From the sequence record NC_061443.1: a stretch of 64,000 nucleotides of DNA. One strand, 5' to 3'. Positions 26,416-36,204 of the stretch are shown here, one piece after another; the first letter of the stretch is position 1; every line of letters starts with the position of its first letter. The notes below the pieces were generated by a model. The model did no database searches. It had not been told where the DNA came from and saw nothing but the letters and a program-made list of their open reading frames with translations. The position numbers were made by a program, and so were the translations under genes.

Positions 26416-26863
26416 ACGATTCGATAATGTCCAGGGCCTGCTCTACAATTGGACGGAGTTTCTTATCCAACTTGTTGAGAGCTTTATCCGCTCTAAACCA
26501 TTTGCGTTCACGGGTCAGGGCTTCGTCATATTCGGTCAACATGGTCTTGACCTTCATGACGTACCATTCAACGTGTTGCTCACGGCCGGTCTTGCCTTTG
26601 ACATAACGCATGATATCTACGAAGTCTTTAGGCTTACCGAGAACACCAGCTTCTTCCATTGCTTCTTTAAGCGCACTGTCGAGCGCAGTCATTCCCTTTT
26701 CCACGCCGCCTTTTGGGAGACCCCAATTGCCTGCGTGAGTCGTACGGATGAGCAGCAACTCAATCGTACCGTCCTTTTTCTTGCGATATGGGATGACACC
26801 AGACTGCTTACGTGCTTTCTTTTCACTCGGCAGTTTGGCTGACAATGATACGGTAATCTTCAT
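26405..26863 (-). CDS. Nudix hydrolase
   Basis: QSGVIPYR...LLLI...WGLPKGGVEKGMTALDSALKEAMEEAGV: slightly variant Nudix box (first Glu replaced by Met, RE by KE). Confidence 0.88.
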   Translation of the reverse strand: MKITVSLSAKLPSEKKARKQSGVIPYRKKKDGTIELLLIRTTHAGNWGLPKGGVEKGMTALDSALKEAMEEAGVLGKPKDFVDIMRYVKGKTGREQHVEWYVMKVKTMLTEYDEALTRERKWFRADKALNKLDKKLRPIVEQALDIIESYGL

Positions 26864-27363
26864 AGGGAATCAAGCCCTCTCGGGAGGTCAACATCCCACG
26901 AGCCAGCGTTGTCTTTCCACAGACCCTGATTCTGCAATTCTTTATACGCATCATAAAGAGTCACACGAGCCTGCACAGAAACTTCGTTGGTACCCGCGGC
27001 ACCTAGGCTGTAGCTGTACATACAGCCAGGGAAGTATTGTGTACGATTTGCCTCGTGAGAGTCAAACACAATCTGGCCCTCGCTGTTGGAAATAACAGCA
27101 TGAGATGCCATACCACCCTGTCCGAGAATGACGATTTCATATTCAGGATGCTTGTTATAGCAACGCTGAACGAACTCGGCGCAGTCTGCAAATGGTCGAG
27201 CTACGGCAGCAGCACGATTGCAGTTGAACTGGGCAGCAGACTCAGAAAGAGAACGCGCACCAGTCAGATTCATAGCCGAGGCAAAGATAAGAGTTGCGAG
27301 CGATTCAGGCTCAACGGCAGTGGGGAAAAACTTTGTGCCCCACGCTTGTGATAGCGAAAGCAT
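26860..27363 (-). CDS. hypothetical protein
   Basis: 167-aa ORF with AAGGAG RBS; coupled to the Nudix gene. Confidence 0.65.
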   Translation of the reverse strand: MLSLSQAWGTKFFPTAVEPESLATLIFASAMNLTGARSLSESAAQFNCNRAAAVARPFADCAEFVQRCYNKHPEYEIVILGQGGMASHAVISNSEGQIVFDSHEANRTQYFPGCMYSYSLGAAGTNEVSVQARVTLYDAYKELQNQGLWKDNAGSWDVDLPRGLDSL

Positions 27364-27392
27364 GGACGTCTCCTTATACGATAGTCTCAGCT

Positions 27393-27400
27393 AAATTAGT
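27393..27400 (-). promoter_or_regulatory. ACTAATTT variant of the putative late promoter
   Basis: Intergenic, 30 nt upstream of ATG 27363; one mismatch to consensus. Confidence 0.4.
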
Positions 27401-27404
27401 GTGC

Positions 27405-27692
27405 TTAGTCTTCTGGGCAGATAAGCACTTGACGACCGTGTTGATAATAACTGTCGGGCGCTCGGCCTATTACGATAGCTCGTTTGCACATAAAGGCAGG
27501 CTTGCGTAAAGCTACATTGCAGCCACCATGCGAGAGTACAGCCATCGCTTCTGCTTTGGCGGGACCCGTCAAACATAGCGTATGTGAGTAGAAAGGCTTC
27601 TGCGCTTTCTCCATCGTGCGTGACATTAAAGCACGAATACGTTCCGCCTGTTGTGCAGTAGGTACGCGGTCGCAGTACACAGCGAAATTCAT
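27405..27692 (-). CDS. hypothetical protein
   Basis: 95-aa ORF coupled to the upstream ORF by an ATGA overlap. Confidence 0.55.
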   Translation of the reverse strand: MNFAVYCDRVPTAQQAERIRALMSRTMEKAQKPFYSHTLCLTGPAKAEAMAVLSHGGCNVALRKPAFMCKRAIVIGRAPDSYYQHGRQVLICPED

Positions 27693-28414
27693 TTGCCAGC
27701 TCCTTTGATGTTCAGAATACCATTGAGAACACTGAACTTATCAGAGAAACTGCCGACCACATTACCGAGACTATGCACATCACCATGGCCGCCGTAAGGA
27801 TTAAAATCTGCGACGTTGATTTGCAGATGCGATGCACTGATGGGATTGAATCCTGTCTCCTTAATGATAATGGTATGGCCATCATAACGAGGCTTATCAG
27901 TAAAGAGCACACCCATGTTAGTCCACGTATTGGAGCTGGACTCCAGCACGAAGACAGACGCCTGGTAAAACTTCGCTCCCAGGTCTGGTGCCGTGTCTTG
28001 GACGTAGTGGTAATCTTCATGATCAGCAACGATAACGTCCACAGTAATGAGTTCCGCTTCATTTCTACGGTTGCGCAACCAGCTCTGCATACAGCGCGTA
28101 AAGTAGTCAGCCATTGCGCAACAAATGCAGCTACGGTTCGACGGGTCTTTATCGGCACGAGGGATGGCAGTGACGTTGCGGTCGGAGAATTTCCATGTGA
28201 CATGATCAGTTACCAGATTACCAGATTGGAACTCAAACTCCTCGTCATTGATAACGAAGATGTTTTTACGCTGCATTACGATGTTCGACAATACATGGGC
28301 CGCGCTGTTCTGCAAGCCCATAGGATATTGAAGTAACACGCGAGCCGTGACGACACGAGGAACACCGTTTTCGAGATAAGCGAAGTTCATTGTGCGATGC
28401 GCTACAGAAAGCAT
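27689..28414 (-). CDS. hypothetical protein
   Basis: 241-aa ORF with AAAGGA RBS. Confidence 0.65.
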   Translation of the reverse strand: MLSVAHRTMNFAYLENGVPRVVTARVLLQYPMGLQNSAAHVLSNIVMQRKNIFVINDEEFEFQSGNLVTDHVTWKFSDRNVTAIPRADKDPSNRSCICCAMADYFTRCMQSWLRNRRNEAELITVDVIVADHEDYHYVQDTAPDLGAKFYQASVFVLESSSNTWTNMGVLFTDKPRYDGHTIIIKETGFNPISASHLQINVADFNPYGGHGDVHSLGNVVGSFSDKFSVLNGILNIKGAGK

Positions 28415-28424
28415 GGTACGTCCT

Positions 28425-29213
28425 TTAGTTCAGGTTGATAGTCTGTCCATTTACAGTTACTTCCTGACCTGCATCGATCTTAACTGAGCCCTTAACATCA
28501 AGCACGTCATCGCCCTTGACAGTGACTTTGCGACTACCACCAATCTCAACAGTCTGGTTGCCTGTGATCTTAGTGTACTGATTACCTGCATCGTTCTTGG
28601 CTGTACCCTTGAACTTGATACGCTTCTTAGGGTCTGGCTTCAAACTCTTGGGCGTCATCACAGGGTCATTCAGAATGTAGTCAGGGATATCGTTCTTACT
28701 GCCAGTGATAATCAGTTGCTGGTTGCCTACGATGGTCTGGTTAACGTCCCCCATGATTGTCATGTTGAAGTCACCAGAGGTCACGAGGAAGTGCTCGTTA
28801 GTCAGTCGGTCGATGATAAGCTGGGTTCCCGTAGACAGTCTCACACCAATACGATGTGGATAGTTGACAAGGAACTCAGGCAACATATCTGCGTCTGTCA
28901 TGCGCACGTTAGTATTGTACATACCTTCGTGTAGCTGTCCTGTAGGAAACTTCACGCTGACTTTAGCGCCACGCGTAGGGATGAAAGACGCACCAAACGT
29001 CACGCCCTGATTGCCTCCCTTGAGTCCTTCAAGATGACCAACAGCAGGACGAATCCACGGAATCATTTCATCAGCAATGTCATCAGTCAGACCCATGATA
29101 CGCGCACGAATCTGACCTATCTTTCGAGGGTCGTTATTGTCGATAACGATAGCCTCATAATCCATTTGAGGGTCAATGCCTTTCTTGGCGTTCACACTAT
29201 TCAGAGGAATCAT
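28425..29213 (-). CDS. baseplate central spike (T4 gp5 / VgrG-like)
   Basis: OB-fold start YEAIVIDNNDPRKIGQIRARI...W and P.RGAKVSVKF..G; C-terminal beta-helix repeats (GNQTVEIGGSRKVTVKGDD). Confidence 0.8.
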   Translation of the reverse strand: MIPLNSVNAKKGIDPQMDYEAIVIDNNDPRKIGQIRARIMGLTDDIADEMIPWIRPAVGHLEGLKGGNQGVTFGASFIPTRGAKVSVKFPTGQLHEGMYNTNVRMTDADMLPEFLVNYPHRIGVRLSTGTQLIIDRLTNEHFLVTSGDFNMTIMGDVNQTIVGNQQLIITGSKNDIPDYILNDPVMTPKSLKPDPKKRIKFKGTAKNDAGNQYTKITGNQTVEIGGSRKVTVKGDDVLDVKGSVKIDAGQEVTVNGQTINLN

Positions 29214-31105
29214 TTGTTCACCCGTGGCATATACATTTCAAGACGCTCTCCGTCAGGTGTACCGTTCTTGCTTGAACCGTCTACAGTACCATCGCCAAGA
29301 GAACACAGGAAGTTACGCAGATTCTCTTCCTGCTGACGAATGAGCTGACTCAGGTTCGTACTCGGACCCAAGAGCTTGCTGATAGACAGAGCATCGAGAC
29401 ATTTATCAGGCAGAGCATCGGACACCATGCGGTTCATATCGTCCAGTTTGTTACTGACGCAACGCTGGTTGATTTGAGGTCCGTCGAGGTACTCAGCAGG
29501 GATATCGCCGTTAGCAATCAGGCCGTTCACATCGTTCGTGAATCCACCAAGCATATTCTCCATGCTATCCAAACGCGATGCAAGTCCGTCGAGTATGCCA
29601 CCCTTGTAGTTGATTGCAAGATTGACGCTCAACTTCTCCAGAGAGTTCAGAGCGTTACAGATGCCTGTCAGATACTTAGCCATATTGAACTCTTGCATCA
29701 GCGCATTCAGATAGTCGGCTCCTTCGCCATACTTAGCCGCAAGCTCTGGGAACTTGAATGCTTCTGATTCTGTCTGGAACTGGTCAAGCATTACATCCAG
29801 TTGCAGGTTGTGTTGCTGCGATAACCAATCAATGGGATTCGAACCATCGAGCGCCTGTTTGATATTCGCGTTAATCTGGAATGGACGCAAGACGTTAGCG
29901 ACAGTAGACAGCGGAGTCTGGATGATGTTCGATCCACCACCAATGTTCGACGTTCCTTCAACAGGAGTGAAGTTACGACTCAGCAGGAACGCTTCGCTAT
30001 ACATGCCACCAGAGAACACGCGAGTACGACCAATGACAAGCCACTTGCCAGATACCTTGATATCAGTTTCAACTTCGCGCTGTCCGTTGATGACACCCGC
30101 AGATACTTCGACAATATCAAAGATATCTACCTCAGGACATCCGCCTAAGATAAGAGCGCGGGCTGTCTCGGTGTAAGCCATAGACTGGCGCTTGTTGTTG
30201 TAGTACGCTTCCATGTACTTGTCATGGATGTTGATATCGTTCGTTGGTCGCGCATACGCCTTACGGGCACCTGCGATATCACCACGCGTGTCGCTGTTAA
30301 TGTTCAGCGGGTCACGTCCTTTAACGGTAACGGTAGACAGTTCGTTTGTCTTGCCCTTTGAGTCAGACCACAGCAACTTCTCGCCGTAGTTAGACATACC
30401 GTTGAAGATACCGCTCATGGATTTGGGCCTAAACTCATGAACGTTATAGATAGGAGTATCGCCCGTAGGCTTGTGGTTGAATAGCCAGTATGCCTTCGGT
30501 TCTTCGTCAAACAGCTTGTTGATATCACGCACAACCATACGCTTGTCAGCAGTGATAAACATCTTCGGCAGGGCTTCTTCTGAGACCCACATATGCTGTT
30601 CAATTTCGTGCGCAAACTTTTTAGGAGAGCAAGTGGCAGACACCCAGCTCATGATATCTTTTGTTTGCAGATCGCCGAAATCAGGCGTCAAGCCACCGAA
30701 AGAGGCAACTTGCTTTAAAGCGTCAAGGGAGGTTCCACGAATAGCGAAGCTACGTGTATCAAACAGGAAGGCGGGTGCGTCGAGAGCACACAGAACGGTA
30801 AGCATCGGGCTACCACCGTCACCGGATTCGCGTACAGCAAACACAGAGAACGTGAACGTAGAGGCCGATTCAGAATCGGGGCCTAATACCAATGTTATCT
30901 TCGTACCGTCCACAATCGCGTGGGTAGAGCGTAGTACGTTCGTCTGGTCAGAGAATACGATCAGAGCGCAGGGCACAGCGAATGTGTTTTCAAACACTTG
31001 AACGGAACGAATGAGATTCGGCATAGACGGCGGTGCTTTGCCGTCTAACAAAAGACCAAGAAAACCTTGGTCTTTTACGCCGCCAGATGTAGCTTGGTCA
31101 GCCAT
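29210..31105 (-). CDS. baseplate hub protein (gp27/gpD-like)
   Basis: 631 aa directly upstream of the spike gene; VQVFEN start and GKWLVIGRTRVFS...YSEAFLLSR motif typical of hub proteins; long C-terminal extension. Confidence 0.6.
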   Translation of the reverse strand: MADQATSGGVKDQGFLGLLLDGKAPPSMPNLIRSVQVFENTFAVPCALIVFSDQTNVLRSTHAIVDGTKITLVLGPDSESASTFTFSVFAVRESGDGGSPMLTVLCALDAPAFLFDTRSFAIRGTSLDALKQVASFGGLTPDFGDLQTKDIMSWVSATCSPKKFAHEIEQHMWVSEEALPKMFITADKRMVVRDINKLFDEEPKAYWLFNHKPTGDTPIYNVHEFRPKSMSGIFNGMSNYGEKLLWSDSKGKTNELSTVTVKGRDPLNINSDTRGDIAGARKAYARPTNDINIHDKYMEAYYNNKRQSMAYTETARALILGGCPEVDIFDIVEVSAGVINGQREVETDIKVSGKWLVIGRTRVFSGGMYSEAFLLSRNFTPVEGTSNIGGGSNIIQTPLSTVANVLRPFQINANIKQALDGSNPIDWLSQQHNLQLDVMLDQFQTESEAFKFPELAAKYGEGADYLNALMQEFNMAKYLTGICNALNSLEKLSVNLAINYKGGILDGLASRLDSMENMLGGFTNDVNGLIANGDIPAEYLDGPQINQRCVSNKLDDMNRMVSDALPDKCLDALSISKLLGPSTNLSQLIRQQEENLRNFLCSLGDGTVDGSSKNGTPDGERLEMYMPRVNK

Positions 31106-31107
31106 GA

Positions 31108-31572
31108 TTAACCCTCAGCATCAAGCTCGATAGCAATGGCTTTAAGTTTCGCAGCAAGCAACTTGAGTTCAGAAGACTTAGGCTGCATGTTAAAGCCACC
31201 ACTCCCCGGCCTGATTTCAGAATCGTTTTTGGTGTTGTACCACTTACGCACCTCAACAACACGGTTACCGGCATCGTCATTAGCGAGGTCAACAGACAGG
31301 AAGCCATGCGGACCGATTTGAATGCGAAACAGCTCAGGCTCAGAAGTCTCTTTACGAGTCTTCTTCTTCGGTTCTTCTGCCTTAGCCTTCTTCTCTTTAG
31401 GGCGCTTGAGTTCAGCGTCTTTACCTACCAGAGGCTTATCAGACTTCTTGGCTTTCTTCTCTTTGGCCTTCTTGAGTTCAGCCGCCTGCTCTGCTAAAGG
31501 CTTATCGCGCTTCAACGTCCGTTTAATCTTCTTCGCCTTCTCACCAACAATTTTGCCGTTAACCATAGCCAT
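31108..31572 (-). CDS. Lys-rich protein with C-terminal PC4-like ssDNA-binding domain
   Basis: VVEVRKWYNTKNDSEIRPGSGGFNM resembles the PC4/YdbC core (vdiRewy...kPg.kGi.l); N-terminal half is Lys/Glu-rich. Confidence 0.6.
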   Translation of the reverse strand: MAMVNGKIVGEKAKKIKRTLKRDKPLAEQAAELKKAKEKKAKKSDKPLVGKDAELKRPKEKKAKAEEPKKKTRKETSEPELFRIQIGPHGFLSVDLANDDAGNRVVEVRKWYNTKNDSEIRPGSGGFNMQPKSSELKLLAAKLKAIAIELDAEG

Positions 31573-31865
31573 TAGATTTGCGTCCTCTTAACTTTTTTGA
31601 TAGCAGCGCTAGGCCGCTTTTGCGGGAGAACGACTAGCATCCCCGCTTTAAGTTCAGAAGGGTGCATAAGAGCGTTCGCCACCAGGATGAAATTCCAGTA
31701 GACGTTTGAACCGTAGTTGTCTACTGATAACAGTTGTGGATTACCCTCGATTGAGGCGTCAATGCGCTTGGACGTTCCCGTCTGCGCTGCATCAACATCA
31801 TCGAATAGCTTCATGCTAAGAGGGTCAATTCCCCACTTGTCGATTACGCCGATTGTTTCAGCCAT
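31572..31865 (-). CDS. baseplate LysM-like protein (gp53 / tail X-like)
   Basis: LLSVDNYGS..YWNFILVAN.LMHPSELKAGMLVVLP. Confidence 0.65.
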   Translation of the reverse strand: MAETIGVIDKWGIDPLSMKLFDDVDAAQTGTSKRIDASIEGNPQLLSVDNYGSNVYWNFILVANALMHPSELKAGMLVVLPQKRPSAAIKKVKRTQI

Positions 31866-32656
31866 TTACGCAGGTCCTCACGAGTAACAGCGAAGTAACT
31901 ACTCACCTGAAGGATGAAGTCTACGCTGATTGGGTTCCCTGTGCCATCTTCCCACACGTTATCGAAGTTAGCGCTAACGCTATCGACTACGCACGGACTC
32001 ATGGAGAAGAAATTACCAATATCGACAAAGAACGCTTCACTGTCCTCCAGAATGCCACCCATCGCAGCGTTGGCGGCATCAGCAGTACCACCACCGGCAG
32101 CAAGTGTCATTGATTCCATACTGACTGACTTCAAAGGACTCGGGCCAGGAGGTAGCAGCAAGCCACCCTGTTCGGAAGGAGCGCACAACGACAGCAGATT
32201 GATTGTTGTGTCTACTACTTCGCTTTTCGTGTCAGAGTAAGCATCAACAAAGATAGGAAGGTCGATCGATAAGAAGCTCGGCCCTCCCCATACTCGCGCA
32301 CTTGCCAGCTTGTGCATAGAACTAGCACCAGCGAACTTGAGTGCTTTGTCCATTGAGCCAGCAGTGTTTCCAATGAAACCACCAACAGCACCTAACTTGC
32401 CACCTGCACCAGACAGAGCGTTACCAGCAGCGCCAGCAACATCAGCAAGTGAAGTGTTCATGAAAGGCGCTTCCCACGAAGAAGCAAGGCTGAAAGTGAA
32501 GTCAGGTGGAATGAATCCCGTAAACTTAATCGTACCACTCTTGTTGTAGATTTTGACTCGGTACATGTTATCGACAGAGATAATGTCATCACGCGACCGA
32601 GTCGTACCTACAGCAGTGGCTTGCCCGCCATCGGCAGGCATTAGGTAGTTAGCCAC
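31844..32656 (-). CDS. tail tube initiator-like baseplate protein (gp48/gp54-like)
   Basis: Position between tape measure and LysM genes; CVVDSVSANFD...GNPISVDFILQV resembles tube-fold motif. Confidence 0.5.
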   Translation of the reverse strand: MANYLMPADGGQATAVGTTRSRDDIISVDNMYRVKIYNKSGTIKFTGFIPPDFTFSLASSWEAPFMNTSLADVAGAAGNALSGAGGKLGAVGGFIGNTAGSMDKALKFAGASSMHKLASARVWGGPSFLSIDLPIFVDAYSDTKSEVVDTTINLLSLCAPSEQGGLLLPPGPSPLKSVSMESMTLAAGGGTADAANAAMGGILEDSEAFFVDIGNFFSMSPCVVDSVSANFDNVWEDGTGNPISVDFILQVSSYFAVTREDLRKWLKQSA

Positions 32657-32668
32657 ACAGACTCCTTA

Positions 32669-35326
32669 TCACATATAGCCCATAGTGATCATGTTCAGCA
32701 TCGGGTCATCCATGAAGATTGGAATCGCGTCAAGTGAATGACCAGCAGCAGGGCTACCGCTACTGTTACCGGATGAAGTTGGCTTAGATACAGCAGCCGC
32801 TTTCGGTTGATTAGCAACAGATTGAGGTGCAGCAGAAGGCTGTGGAGCAGCAGGAGGTTCTGACCGAGCGACGTCACCAGCAGTAACAAGTGGTTGACGT
32901 TCTACGGCAGCTTCCGGCTGTACGGTCGGTTCGATGCGATTGACCTCAGGAGCTTTCATTAATGCTGTAGGCTCTTGACCGCCGAACTGTTCGTTACGCA
33001 CATTGCGTCTAGCATCAGCCAGAGCTTCTGGAGTTGCTGCGCGTTGTGTGTCAGTTTCAGGCGGTCGATAGTCAGAAGGTTTGTTTCCATCTGCTACCTG
33101 TTGAGGCTTCGCTACGTCCGACGGTAGTTGCTCACTATTTACAGCTTTCTTCTTGCGTTCCGCCTCTGCAACCTTAAGCAATACGTCCTTCTCGTTCTGC
33201 GCTCGCGTTGCCACAGATTGTTGCGTCTGCGCCGAACTTGATTTGAAGTAACGATCAGTTGTCGCCGCCTTGTAGTCCTGAATGGTCTTAATCAGATCAT
33301 CATCGGACATGGCGTTAACGTCTTTGCCTTGCAGCGCATTAGAGATAACGCTTGTGCCTGCACCGTACTGTACTGCCGTACTGTACATCAGTTCTTTGAC
33401 GCCAGCACCACGCTTCGTCAAGTCTACACCCACTTCATTCTGCATCTTAGCGGCAAGAGGAGCATAGTGGGTGCGCGTGATATAGTCCGATTGTGCTTTA
33501 TCGAACTCGGCGCTGTTATTACTCGCTACGTCTTTGTAGACAGAGTTGAACTGGGCTGTCCCTGGAGCGAGTCCACCGAAACGTTGAAGGAACGGTTTAC
33601 CTTCAGGGCTGTTCAGGAAGTTCATCATACTGCCGTTGTTCGTAGCAAGCTGGTGCTTACCGTAAGACACACCGCCAGCATCACCCTGACCAGTAGAGAC
33701 AGTACCAACACCACGACCACCAGACTCAAACTGTTCTGATACTGAACCAAGACCACCTTCGGCAATCGCACGACTAGCGATATCAGTTACTTGTTTGCTG
33801 TCCATACGACGAGCTGGTTGTGCTCTCATAGGACCTGCATACGTTCCAGCACCAGAGCCTGGCATTCCCATCATACCACCGAAGTTGAATGGCATGATTG
33901 TAGGAGCAGGGAACTTCGCTTTGTCTTGGTTCTCTGATTTAGTGTCGTTGTAGTCTTCCATCTTCTCCTGACGGTCTTTCTCTCCGTCAGCAAGCATCTT
34001 GTCAGACTCGTCGGTAATCTTATCAGCAACGTATTCGCCTACAGAACTACCGAAGTAATCACCGAGAATACCACCGATAGTAGCGCCCAAGGCAGCACCA
34101 GCAGCAGTACCGGCAACAGGAACTACTGAGCCGAGAATACCGCCAATCCAGCCGCCTGCGATAGCACCCATCGAGCCACCAGCAGCACCACCGATTGCAG
34201 AGCCACCAGCTTCTTTCTTAGCTTGTGCTTTCTCTGCGTCAGTCATATCCGTATCGGCATCAATGTGGCTTACGTTGTTCGCGTACTGCAAACCGTTACC
34301 AAGCACTGAGCCTACGATAGGGATTTTCTTCGATGCACCAGCGAGCAGTACAGTAGCACCATCTACTGCGCTATCCTGTACGATAGAAGGAACACGAGGA
34401 GTATCGGTGTCTATCTTCTCTTTGGCGGCATCGTCTGCGCGTTGTACTTCTGCGCTTTGGACAGGAGCAGGGGCAGCAGGGGCAACCTGATTGTCAGGAG
34501 TACCTACACCGCCATTCTCTGCGTTCTGTTGCTCGAAGTCTTCTTGCGATCTGTTCTTTAACCACAGACCTCCTGCGAGTGCAGCGCCAGCAGCAGCAAG
34601 ACCTAACAAAGCACCCGCTTTACCTTTCAGACGAGGGAAACGTGTACGTTTAGGCAGCCTACGACCAGGACCTCTGCGTTCGCCTCGATTACGACCATAG
34701 CGTTTACCGCGGCGTCGAGAGCGACGTTCATCAGGACCGAAATCGGGTCCACCATCGTTGCTGTTATCAGGACCTGAGTCATCGTTAGCAGAGTCAGGTC
34801 CACCTGCACCACCAGCTCCAGGCTGATTACCATGCGGGTCAGACTTAGCGCGATTCTTCTCTTTGAATGCTTCGCGCTTCTCCCATTCAAGCCAGTCTTC
34901 GAGAGCTTTCTGAGTCTTGGTCGATACTGCGTTACCGTCACGAATTGCTTTAACGATATCTTCGCCAGACTTCTCACCTGCAATGAACAGGTCTTCCAGA
35001 GCAGATTCTACTTCACGAGGATTAGGCTGTTGTGACACAGGACGTGGAGAAGATGGAGCAGCCTCACTAGACTCGGGTGCATAGCGCACACGAGTATTAG
35101 CCATCTTCTCACGAGCAGCTTTGGCCGCCCTATTCTTAGCGCGCGATCCCGGTCCGACGTACACAACTTCTTCGTCGTACATCTCCGGATCATAATCTTC
35201 AACGTCATTCGCAGGACGACGCTTGCGCTTTGCTTTAGGCATGCCAGCTACTGAGGAACTAACGCTGTCCGCATGTTCGATCATTAGTTCGAGTGCGGTC
35301 AACTCTTTCTCTTGGGGCTTAGCCAT
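32669..35326 (-). CDS. tape-measure-like protein with muramidase-type peptidoglycan hydrolase domain
   Basis: Gly/Ala-rich hydrophobic segments (GGAAGGSMGAIAGGWIGGILG) and a lysozyme-like region GLGSVSEQFESGGRGVGTVSTGQGDAGGVSYGKHQL; downstream of tube and chaperone genes. Confidence 0.6.
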   Translation of the reverse strand: MAKPQEKELTALELMIEHADSVSSSVAGMPKAKRKRRPANDVEDYDPEMYDEEVVYVGPGSRAKNRAAKAAREKMANTRVRYAPESSEAAPSSPRPVSQQPNPREVESALEDLFIAGEKSGEDIVKAIRDGNAVSTKTQKALEDWLEWEKREAFKEKNRAKSDPHGNQPGAGGAGGPDSANDDSGPDNSNDGGPDFGPDERRSRRRGKRYGRNRGERRGPGRRLPKRTRFPRLKGKAGALLGLAAAGAALAGGLWLKNRSQEDFEQQNAENGGVGTPDNQVAPAAPAPVQSAEVQRADDAAKEKIDTDTPRVPSIVQDSAVDGATVLLAGASKKIPIVGSVLGNGLQYANNVSHIDADTDMTDAEKAQAKKEAGGSAIGGAAGGSMGAIAGGWIGGILGSVVPVAGTAAGAALGATIGGILGDYFGSSVGEYVADKITDESDKMLADGEKDRQEKMEDYNDTKSENQDKAKFPAPTIMPFNFGGMMGMPGSGAGTYAGPMRAQPARRMDSKQVTDIASRAIAEGGLGSVSEQFESGGRGVGTVSTGQGDAGGVSYGKHQLATNNGSMMNFLNSPEGKPFLQRFGGLAPGTAQFNSVYKDVASNNSAEFDKAQSDYITRTHYAPLAAKMQNEVGVDLTKRGAGVKELMYSTAVQYGAGTSVISNALQGKDVNAMSDDDLIKTIQDYKAATTDRYFKSSSAQTQQSVATRAQNEKDVLLKVAEAERKKKAVNSEQLPSDVAKPQQVADGNKPSDYRPPETDTQRAATPEALADARRNVRNEQFGGQEPTALMKAPEVNRIEPTVQPEAAVERQPLVTAGDVARSEPPAAPQPSAAPQSVANQPKAAAVSKPTSSGNSSGSPAAGHSLDAIPIFMDDPMLNMITMGYM

Positions 35327-36204
35327 TATCCACCTCTACGACCTCGCTGCGCTGCAAGAGCAAGCGCTCGCTGTTCCTCGGCTTTGTTCTTATCGTGAAC
35401 GTAAGCACTATGCCAGTACAGCAATTTGTTGATCGTTATATCATCTGGCACGTAGATGTTTTTGGCGCTCGCAAGGTCAAGCGTCATGTTCATCATTGAC
35501 GTATCAGAGAACACACGGAAGTAGCCTAAGATATCAATTGGAGTTTTATACTTATACGTGCGGAAGCATTTGTTGCACTTGTGGGCTGTCTCCAACTCAC
35601 AGCTAACATAGCCATGACTGCCCGCATCCATCAATTCGATTGGGTCGGCGTACTCAAGCGTTTGCTCAAGAGGCAGGTCGCTGTCCATATACATTGCATT
35701 CATGACCTGAGTACGGTCACGGTCTTCCGCAAGTGTTTCAGCATCAATCCAGCGTTGAACGGTAGGATGGCGCAAGCCTTGTGGAAGGTCGCGCCATTTG
35801 TTGGTCACTACGTTTTGTCGCATGACTTCTTCGGTATTAAGCAGGTTGCAGTCTACTTCTACGAATTTGCAACCACGTGGCCTGTCATAGTAACGCTCTC
35901 CTCGCATGTCAACGAAGAACGTTTGGGTGCATCGCCATTCGTACAGACGATGCGACTTCGGCCAACTATTAGCGTCAAACATTGCCAGCATATAACGGAA
36001 GTCTTCGAGGTACATATCTCGGATTCTAACGTTGGTGAAGCGCTGCAACGTATCGACAAAGAGTTCAGGCAGTCTATACTTCTGGGCGTTGAACAGGCTA
36101 GACATTGCATCCGCAGTTATCTGGCTGATACGCACATCAGACCTACCTGATGGTAGATATATCTCTAACATTAGCGCACGAACATCGAAGGGTTCATATC
36201 CCAC
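35326..36204 (-). CDS. tail/baseplate assembly chaperone (T4 gp26/gp51-like) with CxxC
   Basis: W-R-C and C-N-K-C motifs; C-terminal TINKLLYWH motif; paralogous to 36171..36854. Confidence 0.5.
   Translation of the reverse strand: MGYEPFDVRALMLEIYLPSGRSDVRISQITADAMSSLFNAQKYRLPELFVDTLQRFTNVRIRDMYLEDFRYMLAMFDANSWPKSHRLYEWRCTQTFFVDMRGERYYDRPRGCKFVEVDCNLLNTEEVMRQNVVTNKWRDLPQGLRHPTVQRWIDAETLAEDRDRTQVMNAMYMDSDLPLEQTLEYADPIELMDAGSHGYVSCELETAHKCNKCFRTYKYKTPIDILGYFRVFSDTSMMNMTLDLASAKNIYVPDDITINKLLYWHSAYVHDKNKAEEQRALALAAQRGRRGG

Noticed and set aside
36171-36204. Programmed frameshift between the two chaperone-like genes
   Set aside because: No obvious slippery heptamer at the junction, and the downstream ORF has its own ATG and looks like a complete paralog.
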